A model generated the notes under the pieces. The model had not been told where the DNA came from. It saw only the letters and a program-made list of their open reading frames with translations, and ran no database searches. Of a DNA stretch of 60,496 nucleotides, positions 1-13,630 are shown one piece after another (the first letter of the stretch is position 1; every line of letters begins with the position of its first letter). The stretch spans positions 1 to 60,496 of the forward strand of contig JAQGDQ010001131.1 in NCBI GenBank assembly GCA_030141605.1, in the 5' to 3' direction. The position numbers were made by a program, and so were the translations under genes. Source of the stretch: Tubiluchus corallicola (lineage: Eukaryota; Animalia; Priapulida).

Positions 1-196
1 AATGTAACTATCTTTAATGTTAATCATCTGCATGATAATCTTCATTCCAGTTAAATTTTATTTTATATAAATTGTTCTTTTCTGAACATTTAAATATTCT
101 CGTTTTGATCTTTTCAACCGTATATAATCTTTATTGCTTGAGTTTATTTTCTTTAGAAACGTTTGGTTTTCGTATTTTTATTTTTTTGTATTTTCG

Positions 197-620
197 GATG
201 TTTGTGTATTTCTCATTATTGTTCTTTCGTTTACTTCTCTTTTATTTATGGATGTTTGTGTATTTCTCATTATTGTTCTTTCGTTTACTTCTCTTTTATT
301 TATGGATGTTTGAACATTTCTCATTATTGTTCTTTCGTTTACTTCTCTTTTATTTATGGATGTTTGTGTATTTCTCATTATTGTTCTTTCGTTTACTTCT
401 CTTTTATTTATGGATGTTTGTGTATTTCTCTTTATTGTTCTTTCGTTTACTTCTCTTTTATTTATGGATGTTTGTGTATTTCTCATTATTGTTCTTTCGT
501 TTACTTCTCTTTTATTTATGGATGTTTGTGTATTTCTCATTATTGTTCTTTCGTTTACTTCTCTTTTATTTATGGATGTTTGTGTATTTCTCATTATTGT
601 TCTTTCATTTACTTCTCTTT
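197..620. repeat. Minisatellite, 54-bp unit, about 8 copies
   Basis: Unit GGATGTTTGTGTATTTCTCATTATTGTTCTTTCGTTTACTTCTCTTTTATTTAT is repeated head to tail; explains the 18-aa periodic ORFs at 72-678. Confidence 0.95.
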
Positions 621-740
621 CTGAGAAGGGTGGTTGAGTCGTTAACCTATGGTTAACCTTCGCCACCCTTTCTCCCATGTAAATTTGTATTTTTGTTTAT
701 TTTATTGTTAAATGTAAATTTATTGAGAAAAATAAATCAC
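621..740 (+). mobile_element. Probable LINE 3' end with stem-loop and AATAAA
   Basis: Hairpin GAGAAGGGTGG...CCACCCTTTCTC followed by an AT-rich tract and AATAAA; a related copy lies at about 7081-7240. LINE identity is inferred. Confidence 0.45.
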
Positions 741-1469
741 CAATGATACAAAATCGTGTAAGGCTGCTTAAAAGGTAAATCAGTCACAACCCAACTGGGG
801 GCTTAAAGAAAGAGAACTCCACCTCGGGCGTCACGTCCCTCGGTGCGAATCCGGTCCCTCCAGCGGTGATGATGATATCGACAGGGACGCCAGCGTTGTC
901 TGTCCATTCTTCGAGCTTCCCCTGTAAAAACCTCCACATCTAATAAATGCATATTGAGAAAACGGTCAAGCTAAACAAAAATCATGCAAAAATTCATGCT
1001 AGAACATGTGAGTTTTGACGTGTCTATACACTTAAAGCAAAAAGTCTTTATCATAACGTCACCAACTGCATAACCATGACTTGTGATCATGGAGTTACAC
1101 CATGAAAATGCTTAAATTTTAGTAAATAATCAGGTGTGTCGCAAAATCAATGACACTCGTCATTTATTTAGCAAAAATTCCGAGTCAACTTACGATAATG
1201 GCATAAATTTCATCAGGAACGATCCCCTGGAGCACCACGTGTCCGGGAAAACTGAAAAAACGAAAAATATCCAAACTTCATTTAGTGATCGAGAAGTACT
1301 AATACATTTGTGTGCTTACAAAGCACAAACCGTCCATAAGTCCGCATAGTTAAAACTACTTTATCTTACTTCAAAGTAGAATGTGATAAAAAATTCGGAC
1401 AAATGTCAATTTTCTGATTTTTATAAAAACAAATGCTAAATATATTGGCCTTTTGTATTCTAGCATCAA

Positions 1470-1950
1470 ATTATCAAGAAAATGTTCACAAAATACTGAA
1501 AATCTAATTTTATAATCCTGTACCCATTCCTCTGTCTAGAAACTAGTACTGCAATTGTAAAACACTTGTATTTTCAAACTCTGATTGTAGCTCGGGTTTT
1601 TCCGCTGCCAAGACCATATTTTCATCAGGAAGAGCCATCTACTGGATTTGAACATAACTTCAATGTGTTCTTGCAAAGTCCGTAGCAACCAACATTTGTG
1701 TGGTTGCTAAGTGTTTTGTAGAAACGCGATAAAAAACAATGGCTGACTTTAAAAGTGATTTTCTGAAGATTATGTTTCTCAGTGCGCAGCCTGTACCTCA
1801 ACTTCAATGTGGATTATCTCATCTTAGAAATAACATAGAGTGATGAACTTGGTATCAAAATGATCCTCGTGAAATGGAGATTCAGGATATTTGAATAACT
1901 AGAAAAGCTTAATTGCCGACTTATGGACGAATTTGCTATGCAAGCACATA
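1470..1950 (+). mobile_element. Dispersed repeat (copy 1), shared with 11890-12355
   Basis: Long near-identical blocks in both places, e.g. AAACAATGGCTGACTTTAA.AGTGATTTTCT and CAGTGCGCAGCCTG.ACCTCAACTTCAA; class unknown. Confidence 0.75.
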
Positions 1951-2418
1951 TTTGACAATTTTTTGCTACTCAAGAAAAATTGCTAGACAAGCTTTTGACT
2001 TTTGCAGGCAACTCAGTTTCTGAGAACGGGAATTTTTGAGAAAGTGACGGTTTTCACTCTAGACAAAAAGGGTGTTCTCTTTTGGTGTTCTCAGCTTGAT
2101 GAGCAGTTTAGGGACTAATTTTGACTAAAGTAATAAAAATCGGGCATCTTGCAGAAAACATTTGTTCAAAAAAAGACCAAATCTTTAATTAAATAGTTAT
2201 TTAATCAAAATGTCCTACTTCTTAAATAAAAAATTCTGAATAAATGTTAAACACACAAAATAATCAGCACGTTTAATGCTGGATGACTCGTACGGAGCAT
2301 AATAGTTGCAATGGGTCAGCATTTGTTACACAGGCAATTGCCAAGATTTATTTTCCGCGATGTGACTTTAAGTAACTAGTTTTATAAAGTACAATTTATT
2401 TTTATATTTATATGTATA

Positions 2419-3767
2419 CAGGGTGTCTCAAAAGTCAGAATACGTTTTATATTTCCTATATTTTTTAACAAACGAAGCAAAATGTGTGAAAACTGGTACA
2501 CAATTGAACTCAAATCTTGGAGAATTTTTTTAGTCAAGAAAAATAAACTAGAATACAAAAGTCCAATATATTAAGCGTGTGTTTTCGTGAAATTTTTGGT
2601 GTATTCTACTTTGAAGCATCATAACGTAGTTTTATCTTTGCTGACTTATGGACGGTTTTGGTTTGCAGGCACACATACATTGAGCTATATAAACATACTT
2701 TCCAGACCTTCTAGACTTTGGAATACACTCTACGCTACAACCGCATAAAACCGGCTAGAGGTGGGACACCTTACGCCTACGTGTGACTCTGACATGACCT
2801 CAAAACATGGACTTAGACTTGTCTGGCAATGCCACAGTATTGCAAAATAAACCCTTGTTGAAAAGAACTAGGCCTATGTGTCGTGTAGAGGGCAAATATA
2901 TTTACATAGTAATAGTGTTTGTTGTCTTGTTGACAGAACACAGAAATATTAACATAAGGGATAGTTAATGTCAAGCAAGACATGTAAGCAAGCCTAGATA
3001 TTATAGACGTCGAACTGGGCTCCGAGTTATTATTTATTATAGAAGTTGAATTGGACTCTGAGTTATTATTTATTATAGAAATTGAATTGGACTCTGAGTT
3101 ATTATTTATTATAAAAGTTGAATTGGGCTCTGAGTTATTATTTATTATAAAAGTTGAATTGGACTCTGAGTTATTATTTATTATAAAAGTTGAATTGGGC
3201 TCTGAGTTATTATTTGTTATAGAATTGAACCGGTCATAATTTGTGTATAATAACGAACATAGCTACTATTTCAGGATGCCATTAATTATGCGTGTAATTG
3301 CCAGAATTTTTATAAATCATTGCAGTTCATTTTACCAACTATTACGTATTAATGGGTTGGAAAGAGGAGACAGTGAAAAATTGTGGACTAATCAGAATTT
3401 GAACTCGAAACTTGGGATTAGTACTTCCGCGCCTTACCATCTAATAACAAAGCAGGTCACAGATTTCCTCCTTATAGTTCATAATTCGACAGCGCCACCT
3501 ATACACATGACAGTAGGGGGATACTTTTGGTATCAATACCTACCCAAATTGTGGTTGCCAGAATTTTTATAAACCATTGCGCTTCATTTTACCAATTATT
3601 ACCCATTGTGGGTCATGAGACACGGAAAAACTGTGGACTAGCCAAACCGTTCGCAATGCAATATATAAACATTTTGTTGCCAAAAATCTGGGCGAAATTA
3701 TAAAACGGGGTGTGTTATTACAAGGTTTGGCTGTTATTACAAAGTGATGATTTACTGGCCCACCCTG
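2419..3767. mobile_element. Possible Tc1/mariner-type termini
   Basis: TA-CAGGGTG at 2417-2425 and CACCCTG-TA at 3761-3769; only 7 bp of TIR match, so the two ends may belong to different elements. Confidence 0.3.
3012..3229. repeat. Minisatellite, 36-bp unit, about 6 copies
   Basis: GAATTGG(A/G)CTCTGAGTTATTATTTATTATA(G/A)AAGTT in tandem; explains ORF 3051-3239. Confidence 0.95.
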
Positions 3768-3777
3768 TATAAAAGGC

Positions 3778-4168
3778 AATAAGACTTTTCGCAGTTTCAT
3801 TGTGCACACACGTACTTGCTGTAGGTCAAAATATAAATGTACCACAGCAACGCGTCCTAACTTCAACCGTTATGTGACACGTGGCAAAGCAAAGCCATCT
3901 GCCATATTAGTTCAGTAACATCAGTTGTTTTACATGGACTTTACTTATTATGCACTAGGTTGTACGTACAACAATTTGCTAGCAGGATCTTACTTAGGAA
4001 CAAGAAAAAATGAAATAGGTAAGGTTCTAGTTAGCTATTAAAACTGTTACTAGTACAATAGTTTGGCTGTGAGACATTACAAGTGTACACAAATGCGGTG
4101 TCTGGTGTACTTAACCTTTGACCTTTTCACGATCGTCATCAATCGCTGGAACTGTGAAAAGACTTATT
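3778..4168 (+). mobile_element. MITE family B, full copy (about 390 bp), PIF/Harbinger-ISL2EU-like termini
   Basis: TIRs AATAAG(A/C)CTTTTC.CAGTT ... AACTGTGAAAAG(A/G)CTTATT; homologous copies at 7338, 24781, 44650 and fragments at 12856, 13112, 50057. Superfamily is inferred from the termini only. Confidence 0.8.
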
Positions 4169-4435
4169 AAGACCATATCTAAGTTTAGTCTTAGGGCCAT
4201 CACTAGTATTTGCACTTACAAGACATTGTCAACTATTAACTGCTTCAGTTTCGCTCCAGTTTTGTCCTCAGCCTCTCCTCTGTGACATCTGTCGCTGACT
4301 GCAATAAAACAAGGTTGAAAAGAATGCAGTAACGCTACTAAAGTGCTCTACAAAGTCAGTAATATTAATTTTCAAGAACAGCAAAAATGATATGGGCCCA
4401 TAATAATAGGAAAATATGAAAAGACGAGATTTACA

Positions 4436-4500
4436 GCTGGATTCGAACCAGAGACCTTTGGATTTGAACCAGAGACCTTAGAAGACTAAAGGCATGACCA
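4436..4500 (-). mobile_element. tRNA-derived SINE head fragment
   Basis: Minus strand reads GGTTCGAATCC (Pol III B box), locally duplicated; no full cloverleaf. Confidence 0.4.
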
Positions 4501-6029
4501 GTAGATCACAAACTTTTTTGCAAAGAAAGTTGGTCACCCCAAGTAAAACCAACAATTTTTCAACTGAATCATTTGTCTTTGCCTATACAAAAAAACTGCA
4601 TCAACTCCAAAATATAGAATTGGAGTGGGAGTAGTTAGGCCTTAGTTAAAGAATTTCTCCAAACCTTTAGGCATTTCGATCTCATATTGAAATTTTGAAA
4701 AAATACTAAAACCAAACTGGTTTATTGCTCGCTACAGCAGGAAATATAACTTGTATCCAGGACTGGCCAGGGACAAAGACTGGCCCTGTTTCTTTACATT
4801 AAATGTGCACCAAACAGAGAGAGAAAAACTTTTAAGGGACATCAGAATCTAACGTGCAAAGACAATGGTGTCAGCGGTGGGATTGCAACCTAGGAAGCTC
4901 ACTATGAATGACAATCCTCTAACACGACACACTGGATCAGCGGTGTTTCAACCATGCTCGGAGAGGCACACCTCCTTCCTACACGAGACAAAGTTACACA
5001 GACAGTAGGCAAACGAAACAGCTGAGCAGTTACCTACAATGGTCACCCATCCACTTACACTATGAAATAATCACACTTTCGTGTGGCTGCTCAACTATTT
5101 CCCCGCTGAAGTGTTACAAACAATGCAACAAACAACGACAAACCAAACATCACCGTACGCATACTGACAGATTTAATTAGCCATCTTAACATGCGATAAT
5201 TAGCAAGCGAAGATGTCCTGGCTGCTTAAAATTGTTAGCACTGCCATATTATACATAAAACAAACTTTGATTCGTTACTCATAAAGTTAAGGTTTATAAC
5301 AAATCAGAACTTGATTAAATTAATGTAAAAATATGGCTCGGCAAAATACAAAAATAAGGCGACTGTGACAAGGCATTAACGAGTGCTACTTTGCCCTGAA
5401 TGCCCTTGAAGACTACACACTATCCACAAATGGCCTAAAGCAAACATGTTATCCACACGTGCAGGGCATGTAATCAGCCATGTACTGAACCTAGAAACGA
5501 GTAAAAATACCTTTAAATAATTGTTTCAGTTGCAAAAAATTGTGTATGACGTTTAAAATTTTTTTATGATAAGTCAAGCCATCAAAGAAAGGTAAACCGT
5601 CTAGATGCATAGATGTTTTTTCTATGTTGTTTTGTATTTGTCAGTTAGATTAACTCCATAGAAGGGTAGAATTTACTAAAGTAAAATAAGACTATGTGGA
5701 TCTTCGTGTAGCATTGACATTACTCACTTTGGGTGCAGAGGGTGCAGGGCTACGTGCTGAGGGCACTAAGGAAGTGGCTGCAAAATTTACAGATATCAAG
5801 TATCCAGGCAGTGTGACTTTACTGTTCTTGTCACTCTGCTAAAGGTTTCAGAGTATCACTGCCAGAAAGTGGCATGTCCGACAAAGAAGTCAAGACTATA
5901 GCAAAAATGCAGAAATTCCATAACGTCTTTATAGCTTGAAAAGTGCTACTCTGTGAAATTCTTCTGTTCAGTTCAGTATCACTAGCAGCTCAGTAGATGG
6001 GCAAGCCTAACTACTGACGACATCACAAA

Positions 6030-6452
6030 CTAACATAATTTTCAACATGAAAAATATTCTACGAGCTTGTTGCACATGTTAGCGAAAGCAAAAATTAAAG
6101 CACAGTAACACTGCAAGATATTCAGTGTGTAGTACTAAAACTAGGCAAGTTTTAAGATAAATATTCAAAATTTGCAGATTTACGCATGAGGTGTCGAACA
6201 TGTGCAGTTCGTCACAACTAACACATCTGTTACTGAGAGGTACAGCACCTGTTTTTTGTGTAATGCATTTTCAAAATGCAGGCGCTAGTGCCTGTCCAAC
6301 TAGCAAATGGCGAAATGTGTAACAGTGAAGAACTAGTGGTAATAATTCTTTCACGTAAGTCATTTTTGGAAAAATAGCGTGTTTCTTTTCAATATTTTAA
6401 AGAGTAGATTGCTTTGACATGTAGTTTAAGATTAGATCCAGTTTTGCTTTAA
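6030..6452 (-). mobile_element. MITE family A (Kolobok-like), partial copy
   Basis: Shares the core (GTTCGTCACAA, GTACAGCACCTGTTTTTTGTG, GCAGGCGCTAGTG) with the other copies; ends GATCCAGTTTTGCT-TTAA. Confidence 0.85.
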
Positions 6453-7080
6453 GCTGCCCTGGGCTGCAGTTTATTTTAACTTACAAGATAGTCCAGTCGT
6501 AGTAATAAAATGTAATCTTCAGCCACTAGCCAGTACTCACCGCAACTGGTCAGTCTATCATTGGAACATAGTAAAGCTGTATTTAAAAAACTGACAAATA
6601 CTGGACTTTTCTCACTGGACTCACCGAGTAAAACTGGACAGAGATTTCTGAAAGATTTCGGATTTTGAGTCTAGATCTGGTGCATCCGTATTTAGAGTTA
6701 GAATATTTGCATCGTACACTTTTACAAAACATTCTTTTTTTACAATGTTAACGTTTTTGTGAGATGTTTTTGCATGATACCGTTCAGTTTATATCTTCAG
6801 TGCTTATTTCAGTTTTCAGTCCTTGTGCATGCTTGCTTTCATATCCATTATTATATCCTGTGACTTTATATGGTTATCCACTTCAAATAGTTTTTTTGTT
6901 TCTCAATCTGTTTTGCTTACGTTTATTTTATTTTATTTTTGCATATTGCTCTCCGCTTAAAACTAATTTGATTCATTTTTTGCTATCATTTCTGCATTAT
7001 TATATTTTTTCAGTTTGACAGGATTTTCTTCGTTTCATCCCATGTTAAATCGGCGCCAGATTTTCTTGTACTAATTTTAA

Positions 7081-7240
7081 CTAAAAGGGATGGAGATTTG
7101 CTAACCTCTAAGGTTTTTCGCCACCCTTTCTCTAAATACTAATAACTTATTTTGCTACGTACTCGATGTTTTCATGTGTTACAAGAGAAAAACAAAGTTA
7201 TCTGAATCCGTACTGCACAAAATAAACTTGAATTGAATGA
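7081..7240 (+). mobile_element. Second copy of the LINE-like 3' stem-loop and tail
   Basis: AAAGGGATGG...CGCCACCCTTTCTC then AATAAA and a TTGAATTGAATGA tail; homologous to 621-740. Confidence 0.45.
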
Positions 7241-7337
7241 AACAATACTTAGCCAACTATCAAATTTAGTAATAATAGTAAAAAATTGTAATAACTTGCC
7301 GAAACATGACAGCTTCGTGTTAAAACAGCGCAAAACA

Positions 7338-7583
7338 AATAAGACTTTTCGCAGTTTCATTGCCCACACACGTACTTGCTGTAGGTTAAAGTTTAAATGT
7401 ACCACAGCAACGCGTCTTAACTACAACCGTTATGTGACACGAGGTAAAGCAAAGCCATCTGCCATATTAGTTCAGTAACATCAGTTGTTTTACATGGAGT
7501 TTACTTATTATGCACTAGTTTGTATGTAGAGCGATTTGCTAGCAGGATCTTACTTGGGAACAAGAAAAAATGAATTAGGTAAA
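7338..7583 (+). mobile_element. MITE family B, truncated copy
   Basis: Near-identical to 3778-4022, including the diagnostic AAGACTTTTCGCAG terminus. Confidence 0.85.
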
Positions 7584-10500
7584 TTCATGTGTTAAAACAA
7601 TGCATTTGCTCTGTAAAATGGTTATGAAAGCAGTGTAATTACGTTTTCATACTCAAAAAGCATTAGTTTATGAAAACCAATGTAAAAATTGGTCCTTGAA
7701 ATGCGATAACCAAAGTGGTTATGCTAGGTACGAGCACATGTCTTTAGGTTGTACTGAAGTATATCGCTAAGCAGTGGCCGACCAGCTAAGTGGCACATGG
7801 CAATTGTTAGTAATGTAGTTTGTACTAGAGAGAAAAGAATTATTTAATAAATGTGAAAGAGGAAAAGTCAGGTAGGTCAGTAAGAACAGGACAGCACTAA
7901 AAACAGTTTGGAGAAAGAGGGTCATGGGAGCAGGTTCACACATCATAGTTTTAGTTTCTTGATAGGTGATTATATTTTCATTTTTGCAGGAGTGTAATTA
8001 GTAATTATAAAATAGTTTGTATTAATGGAGAGAAATTTTGTATACGTATAGTTATAATATTTTGCAAGGAATATGTTATGAAAGGAGTAAGGAATACAAA
8101 ACGACAAATACAAATACAGGTTTTTGGAGTCCTCAGACTTGAGAGTCGAATTTCGGCTGCTAATGAACTAGGTAAAGTTCACGTGTTAAAACAACGTATT
8201 TGTAAAATGGTTATGAAAGCAGTGTAATTACGTTTTCATACTCAACAAGCATTAGATCAAATAAGCATTGAGAAATAACTAAAGATGTCGATTGTACCTG
8301 TTAGTATTGCAACTTTTATAGGACGTTGTTCCTGATGAGACGAATCCCCACGATTACCACTCATCACGACTCACGTTATCTCAATTCAATGTGCCAAACA
8401 AAAATGCGTTAAACCAGATATTAACTCATTTCTTACAAACTTTCTCTCTGCTGGTAACCGTAGACAGACCCCTTGGTAAAGTTCAAGGCACGATGAATAA
8501 CATAACACGCAAGAGGACAGTGGTACAGTAATGCTATAAACAACACCAGCCGCACCTAATCGAAAAACCGTTTAAGCAGCCGCGTAAAGTTTACGCTTCT
8601 TCATTGCAGATGGCGCTACATTGTCAAATCCGAAGCGGAGCATGAGCCCTAAATTGACCTGCGTTGGGTTTTATCGCTTGTATCGAATATGATCAAAGAC
8701 ATTCAAATAAATACATGTATATAGTTTAAGGTTTGTTTATTTATTTATAGTTTAAGGTTTGTTTACTTATTTCAAATTTCAGATAAATTATAATGTTGAT
8801 GATAAGTTTGGAGATTAAATGTAAAGTTTTTTTCTAAAAATTATGAAATACTACAATTATGATTGTGTAGTAAGAAATTTCTTTATCCCAAGAATTAATC
8901 TGAGAATTTTTACATAAAATCTCAGATAATTATTTACAAACATTTTGTTGTAAACAATGACGTTTTGAGAACATAATGGGCTGTAGATGAGCACTAACAT
9001 CCCACAGAACTAGAACATGATGTTCTTGAAACGCTATTGTTTTCAATAAAATTTTCATAATGCTGATTTTACCTAACAATTTCTTATAACAAATTATAAT
9101 TCTAATAAGCTAAAATATTAGAGATTTTATGAAACACAAGAAAACGTTTGATTAAAAAAATCATGAAATGATTGCAGTAAAAGTTAATTTATGAAGAAGG
9201 CTGGCATTTTTGTGATTAAGTCAAAATTTTTTGAGTTCTGACATATCCCAGCACTCGATGACAGGACGTACTCAAATTTTAATATAGATGATTGTGGCAG
9301 GACCGGAGCTTATCAAAGACCAAATGCTAACTTATCAAAAATCAAAAAATTGTTTAAGATGAGGCACTGGACCAACAGAAACGTGTTGGCATGTACACAC
9401 ACTTTCTATCAATTAGTGATGTAGAACAAACAAAAGTGGCTAAAACCGATTTTCCAAGTGTCCACCCATCCATTTGCTGACTGGGTTTCAAGTTACATCA
9501 CTATGCTGTTCACCTTGCCAAAAACAGACATTTGGGATTTCAAGATTTTGACTTAACGTATTAGCCACGAAATCTCAACAGGCAAGTGACAGAAATTTAA
9601 AATTTAAGTTTTAATTTTTTTCTTCTTTCTTTCAAGCAAAAAAAATAAATCAGCTGTGTTGATGCCAAATCAGCATTAACATTTTTTAATTTTTTTTAAA
9701 CCTAAATTTCTTTATAATCCTTACTGTTAAATTACCAATAGATATGGCGTATTTTTCGTTTGGCTTTTCGTGATTTGCCCATAGTATTTCATAATTGAAC
9801 TTTTAAAAAACCCAAAAACAGCATCTTTATTATCGTCTAAGGAATACTGGTGCTGGCATAGTGTTAAAACAAAGAAGATATTTTGTGTTAGAAGTAGATT
9901 GCAACTTATCTAACGAATGTTGTGCACATATGGCTTTTGCAAACGGAGTACACAAATTCACAAGTCATAATGTCACAAACTGCTGCATTCTCTTACTGGA
10001 ATAACACCTTGTTCAAATAAGTGGGCATATGGTAGCTGCGGCTAATAACTACCTGTCGATTGCCAAGGTAGGTAATTAATTCAGGAATTGCTTCTGATAA
10101 GGCCTGTCTTGGACGATGACGTGCAAACGGGTGGTCAGAATAAACACGAACATTTTGCCAAGTAAACTCACGACTACCCGTTTGAATGTGCAACAAACCT
10201 TAGTGGCAATTACAGATCATAAGCCAAACAAACGCACATTCAGTGCCATTTGAATAATAGCGAATTGTTGATCGGCTGCAAGTTAATTAATTGAAAAGCA
10301 GACGATGCGATGGCGGACGATTGACAACTAGAAATGACAGTCACGCGATTCGGGCGCACCGCGCTTTGTTGTGCAATTTACATTCAAAACTACTTTATGT
10401 GCAGAATGCTCGGGTTCATAACAACACAAGATCGAAGTATGAAGCTCTGATTCTTCTTTGAATAATTCATTTATTTGTTGTCAACACTGGCGACAGTTGA

Positions 10501-11149
10501 CATTATTGTCAGTTAAATTGTGCATTTTAACAATTCGCGCGCGTGTTTGTTGATAAAATTTTCTCCTGGTTACGTTCGTAGCCTGGCATTCAAAGTTGCA
10601 TGCATTAAACGATCGCTGCCACATCTCTAACTATTTGCTTTGTGTTTCTGAGTTATTCAGTCACTGATTAATAGTGACAAGTTGTTAGTGTGGTGAATGT
10701 GCCACAGAATTTACAAAAAAAATTTCAGAAACTCATACAAAAGCTTCAGCAAGTAGCGACTGAATAGTTATGCACCAATATACTGGGTTTGCAAAGCAAA
10801 AACTATTTTTGTTGTTGCATGGGTTTAACTTGTAATCATATTATTATAAGTTAACTGTGTCTTCTGTAAATGAGACAAGTGATAAAGACTGGAAATTTAA
10901 CAATTTTAAGCAAAATAAGTACATGAAAAATAAAAAATGTCGGGGTTTATTGGTAGTCAGGTAGTAACAAAGCAGAAGTCTGCTGTGTCACTTGTTTATG
11001 ATGAAAAATATCCCGCATTTATTCAATTAAGAAAAAGAAATTTTGCACATCAATTATCCTTTTTAGGCATCAAAACTTAAATTTGTGTTATCTACTGGTT
11101 CAGTATAGACCTGGTTCTTTATTCGTAATAAATCACATCTCAGAGCCAC

Positions 11150-11192
<43 letters not shown>

Positions 11193-11215
11193 CGATGACG
11201 ATGCTGATGACAATT

Positions 11216-11308
<93 letters not shown>
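11150..11308. repeat. Compound microsatellite (GAT)n-(AAT)n
   Basis: Directly visible. Confidence 0.97.
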
Positions 11309-11309
<1 letters not shown>

Positions 11310-11889
11310 TGCATCTTTGTCTGACATAATTATGATGCCTTGTAAAAGAAAGCAGCGCAGCAGATGCCAGATGCTACATGTCACAAGGATTTTTGCTTTT
11401 TTTTCAAATAAAGCTAATATTTTGCTAGACATCCCATATATAATTGCAACAAAAGTTGGAAAATTCAATGTATAATTACTGACCTATTTGCTCGATTCTT
11501 GCTTAGTATAGATTTACAACTGATGGAACTATGCATTGCAATAAGCAAACTCTGGCTTTCACAAGCGCTTCTTGAATTCACCGTTAGTGGGCGCCACTAT
11601 TGTAATAGCAAATTATAGGTATACAAGCGATCGATATAAGAAATTTTAGGCCCCTAAAGTTTTTTGTATAACCAGATTTCGTCTCAGCAGGCCATTTTAA
11701 TTTCAATTTATTTATTTTACATCAATAGTATATCATAGTAACATATCCTTTACATGCATAATTATATGTACATCATTGCATAATGATGTACATATATTGT
11801 ACAGAAATTGAGTCGGTATAATGTCCATTTTTTTGTTTTTTTTTTATAAAACAAACGCCAAATATATTGCACTTTTAAGTTTTACCATG

Positions 11890-12355
11890 AAATATTCAGG
11901 AAAATGTACAAAAATTTAACTTGACAGCCCTATATCTATTTCACTGGCTAGAAACTAGTGCTGTGAAAAACTTATAATTGTTTTCAATCTCCGATAATAG
12001 CTCATGGAAGCAGCCATTTTGCTTGTAGTTTTTCCTGTTGCCAAGGCCAAGTCTTCGTCAGGAAGAGCCGTCAATGAATTAAAACATAACTTCACAACGT
12101 GTTCCCGTAAAGTTCATAGCAACAACCCGTTCGTATAATTACTAAGCGTTTTGCGGAAAACACGATAAAAACAATGGCTGACTTTAACAGTGATTTTCTC
12201 AAGGTTATGTTTTTCAGTGCGCAGCCTGCACCTCAACTTCAACATGGATTATCTCAGCTTAGAAATAAGATAGAGTGATGGGCTTGGTATCAAAATGGTA
12301 TGAACTGGAAAAGCTAGCTGCCGATTTGAGAATGTTTTTGCTATGCAAGCACTTT
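11890..12355 (+). mobile_element. Dispersed repeat (copy 2), shared with 1470-1950
   Basis: Colinear similarity with 1470-1950. Confidence 0.75.
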
Positions 12356-13182
12356 AAGTTTTTCTATGTGCTACTTTGCTTTGCAATAATCAGTAAAATA
12401 GTGGCAATTTTATAGAATATCTTTATTGACAAATAAAGAGAGCTATTCTAGTTTATTTAAAAAATTTGTAATAATTTTACTTCAAGCTATGTAACTTTCG
12501 CTAAAATAGATAACACGAGTAAAAATATAGAAGAAGGGTGCGAGCGAGTGAGGGGGTGGCTTCATCTGAGGGGTCCTCCATGATTTCATTAGCACACGGG
12601 CCCTAAATCGTTGATAATTTGACCCTGCGTGTCAGTAAGAGATGAGTATATTAGTAAACCAAGCTATAGTTACACAATTTACGAGTAAAATATCTAATAT
12701 TTCTCCAATATCTAATAAATATCTCCAAAAGTTTTCTTTATAACAGAGAGACAAAACGAGTGAGAAGCCATTGAAGCTGTAATGACACAATAATAACAAA
12801 GTCACCTTGGTAAAATTAGGTAATAGAATAAAGAATTATAAAGATCACGAAGTCTAATAAGCCTTTTCACAATTCCAGCGATTGATGATGATCGTGAGAA
12901 CGTCAAAGGTTAATATATCAACGTAATTTTATATTCAAAGTCAAGGACACACATATAGTAACAAGCACATAATTTTATATCGTTTTTGTTTCACACAAAC
13001 GGTTTCAGTTATAATAAATGTGCAGCTTCAATACCATGTAACTGTGAAATTTACTTATTAGGGTGTAATATCATATTATTATTATTATAGTATATATGAA
13101 ACTCCAATTATAATAAGTCTTTTCACAGTTCCAGCGATTGATAATGATCGGATAAGGTCAAATGTTAAGTGTATCAGAGATA

Positions 13183-13630
13183 AATGAATGAGTGAATGAA
13201 CAAATGAATGAATGAGTGAATGAGTGAGTGAATGAATAAGTGAATAAATGAATGAGTGAGTGAATGAATGAGTGAGTGAATGAACACATGAATGAGTGAA
13301 TGAGTGAATGAGTGAGTGAATGAAAAAGTGAATGAATGAATGAGTGAGTGAATGAATCAGTGAGTGAGTGAATGAACAAATGAATGAATGAGTGAGTGAA
13401 TGAGTGAGTGAATAAATAAGTGAATGAATAAATGAATGAATGAGTGAGTGAATGAGTGCGTGAATTAATGAGTGAGTGAATGAGTGAGTGAACGAATAAG
13501 TGAATGAATGAGTAAATGAATGAGTGAATGAATGAGTAAATGAATGAGTGAGTGAACGAGTGAGTGAATGAATGAGTGAATGAATGAGTAAATGAATGAG
13601 TGAGTGAATGAATGAGTGAATGAATGAATG
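13183..13630. repeat. (TGAA/TGAG)n tetranucleotide microsatellite
   Basis: Directly visible, about 450 bp, starting just after a MITE-B fragment. Confidence 0.95.

Noticed and set aside
72-678. Long overlapping ORFs (194, 153, 166 aa)
   Set aside because: Products of a 54-bp (multiple of 3) minisatellite; open in several frames with no domain.
5035-5060. 5S rRNA-like GGATGGGTGACC on the minus strand
   Set aside because: Only about 15 nt match; at most a SINE remnant.
8325-8350. CTGATGAGACGAAT as a hammerhead
   Set aside because: No room for stem II, GAAA is absent and there is no stem I.
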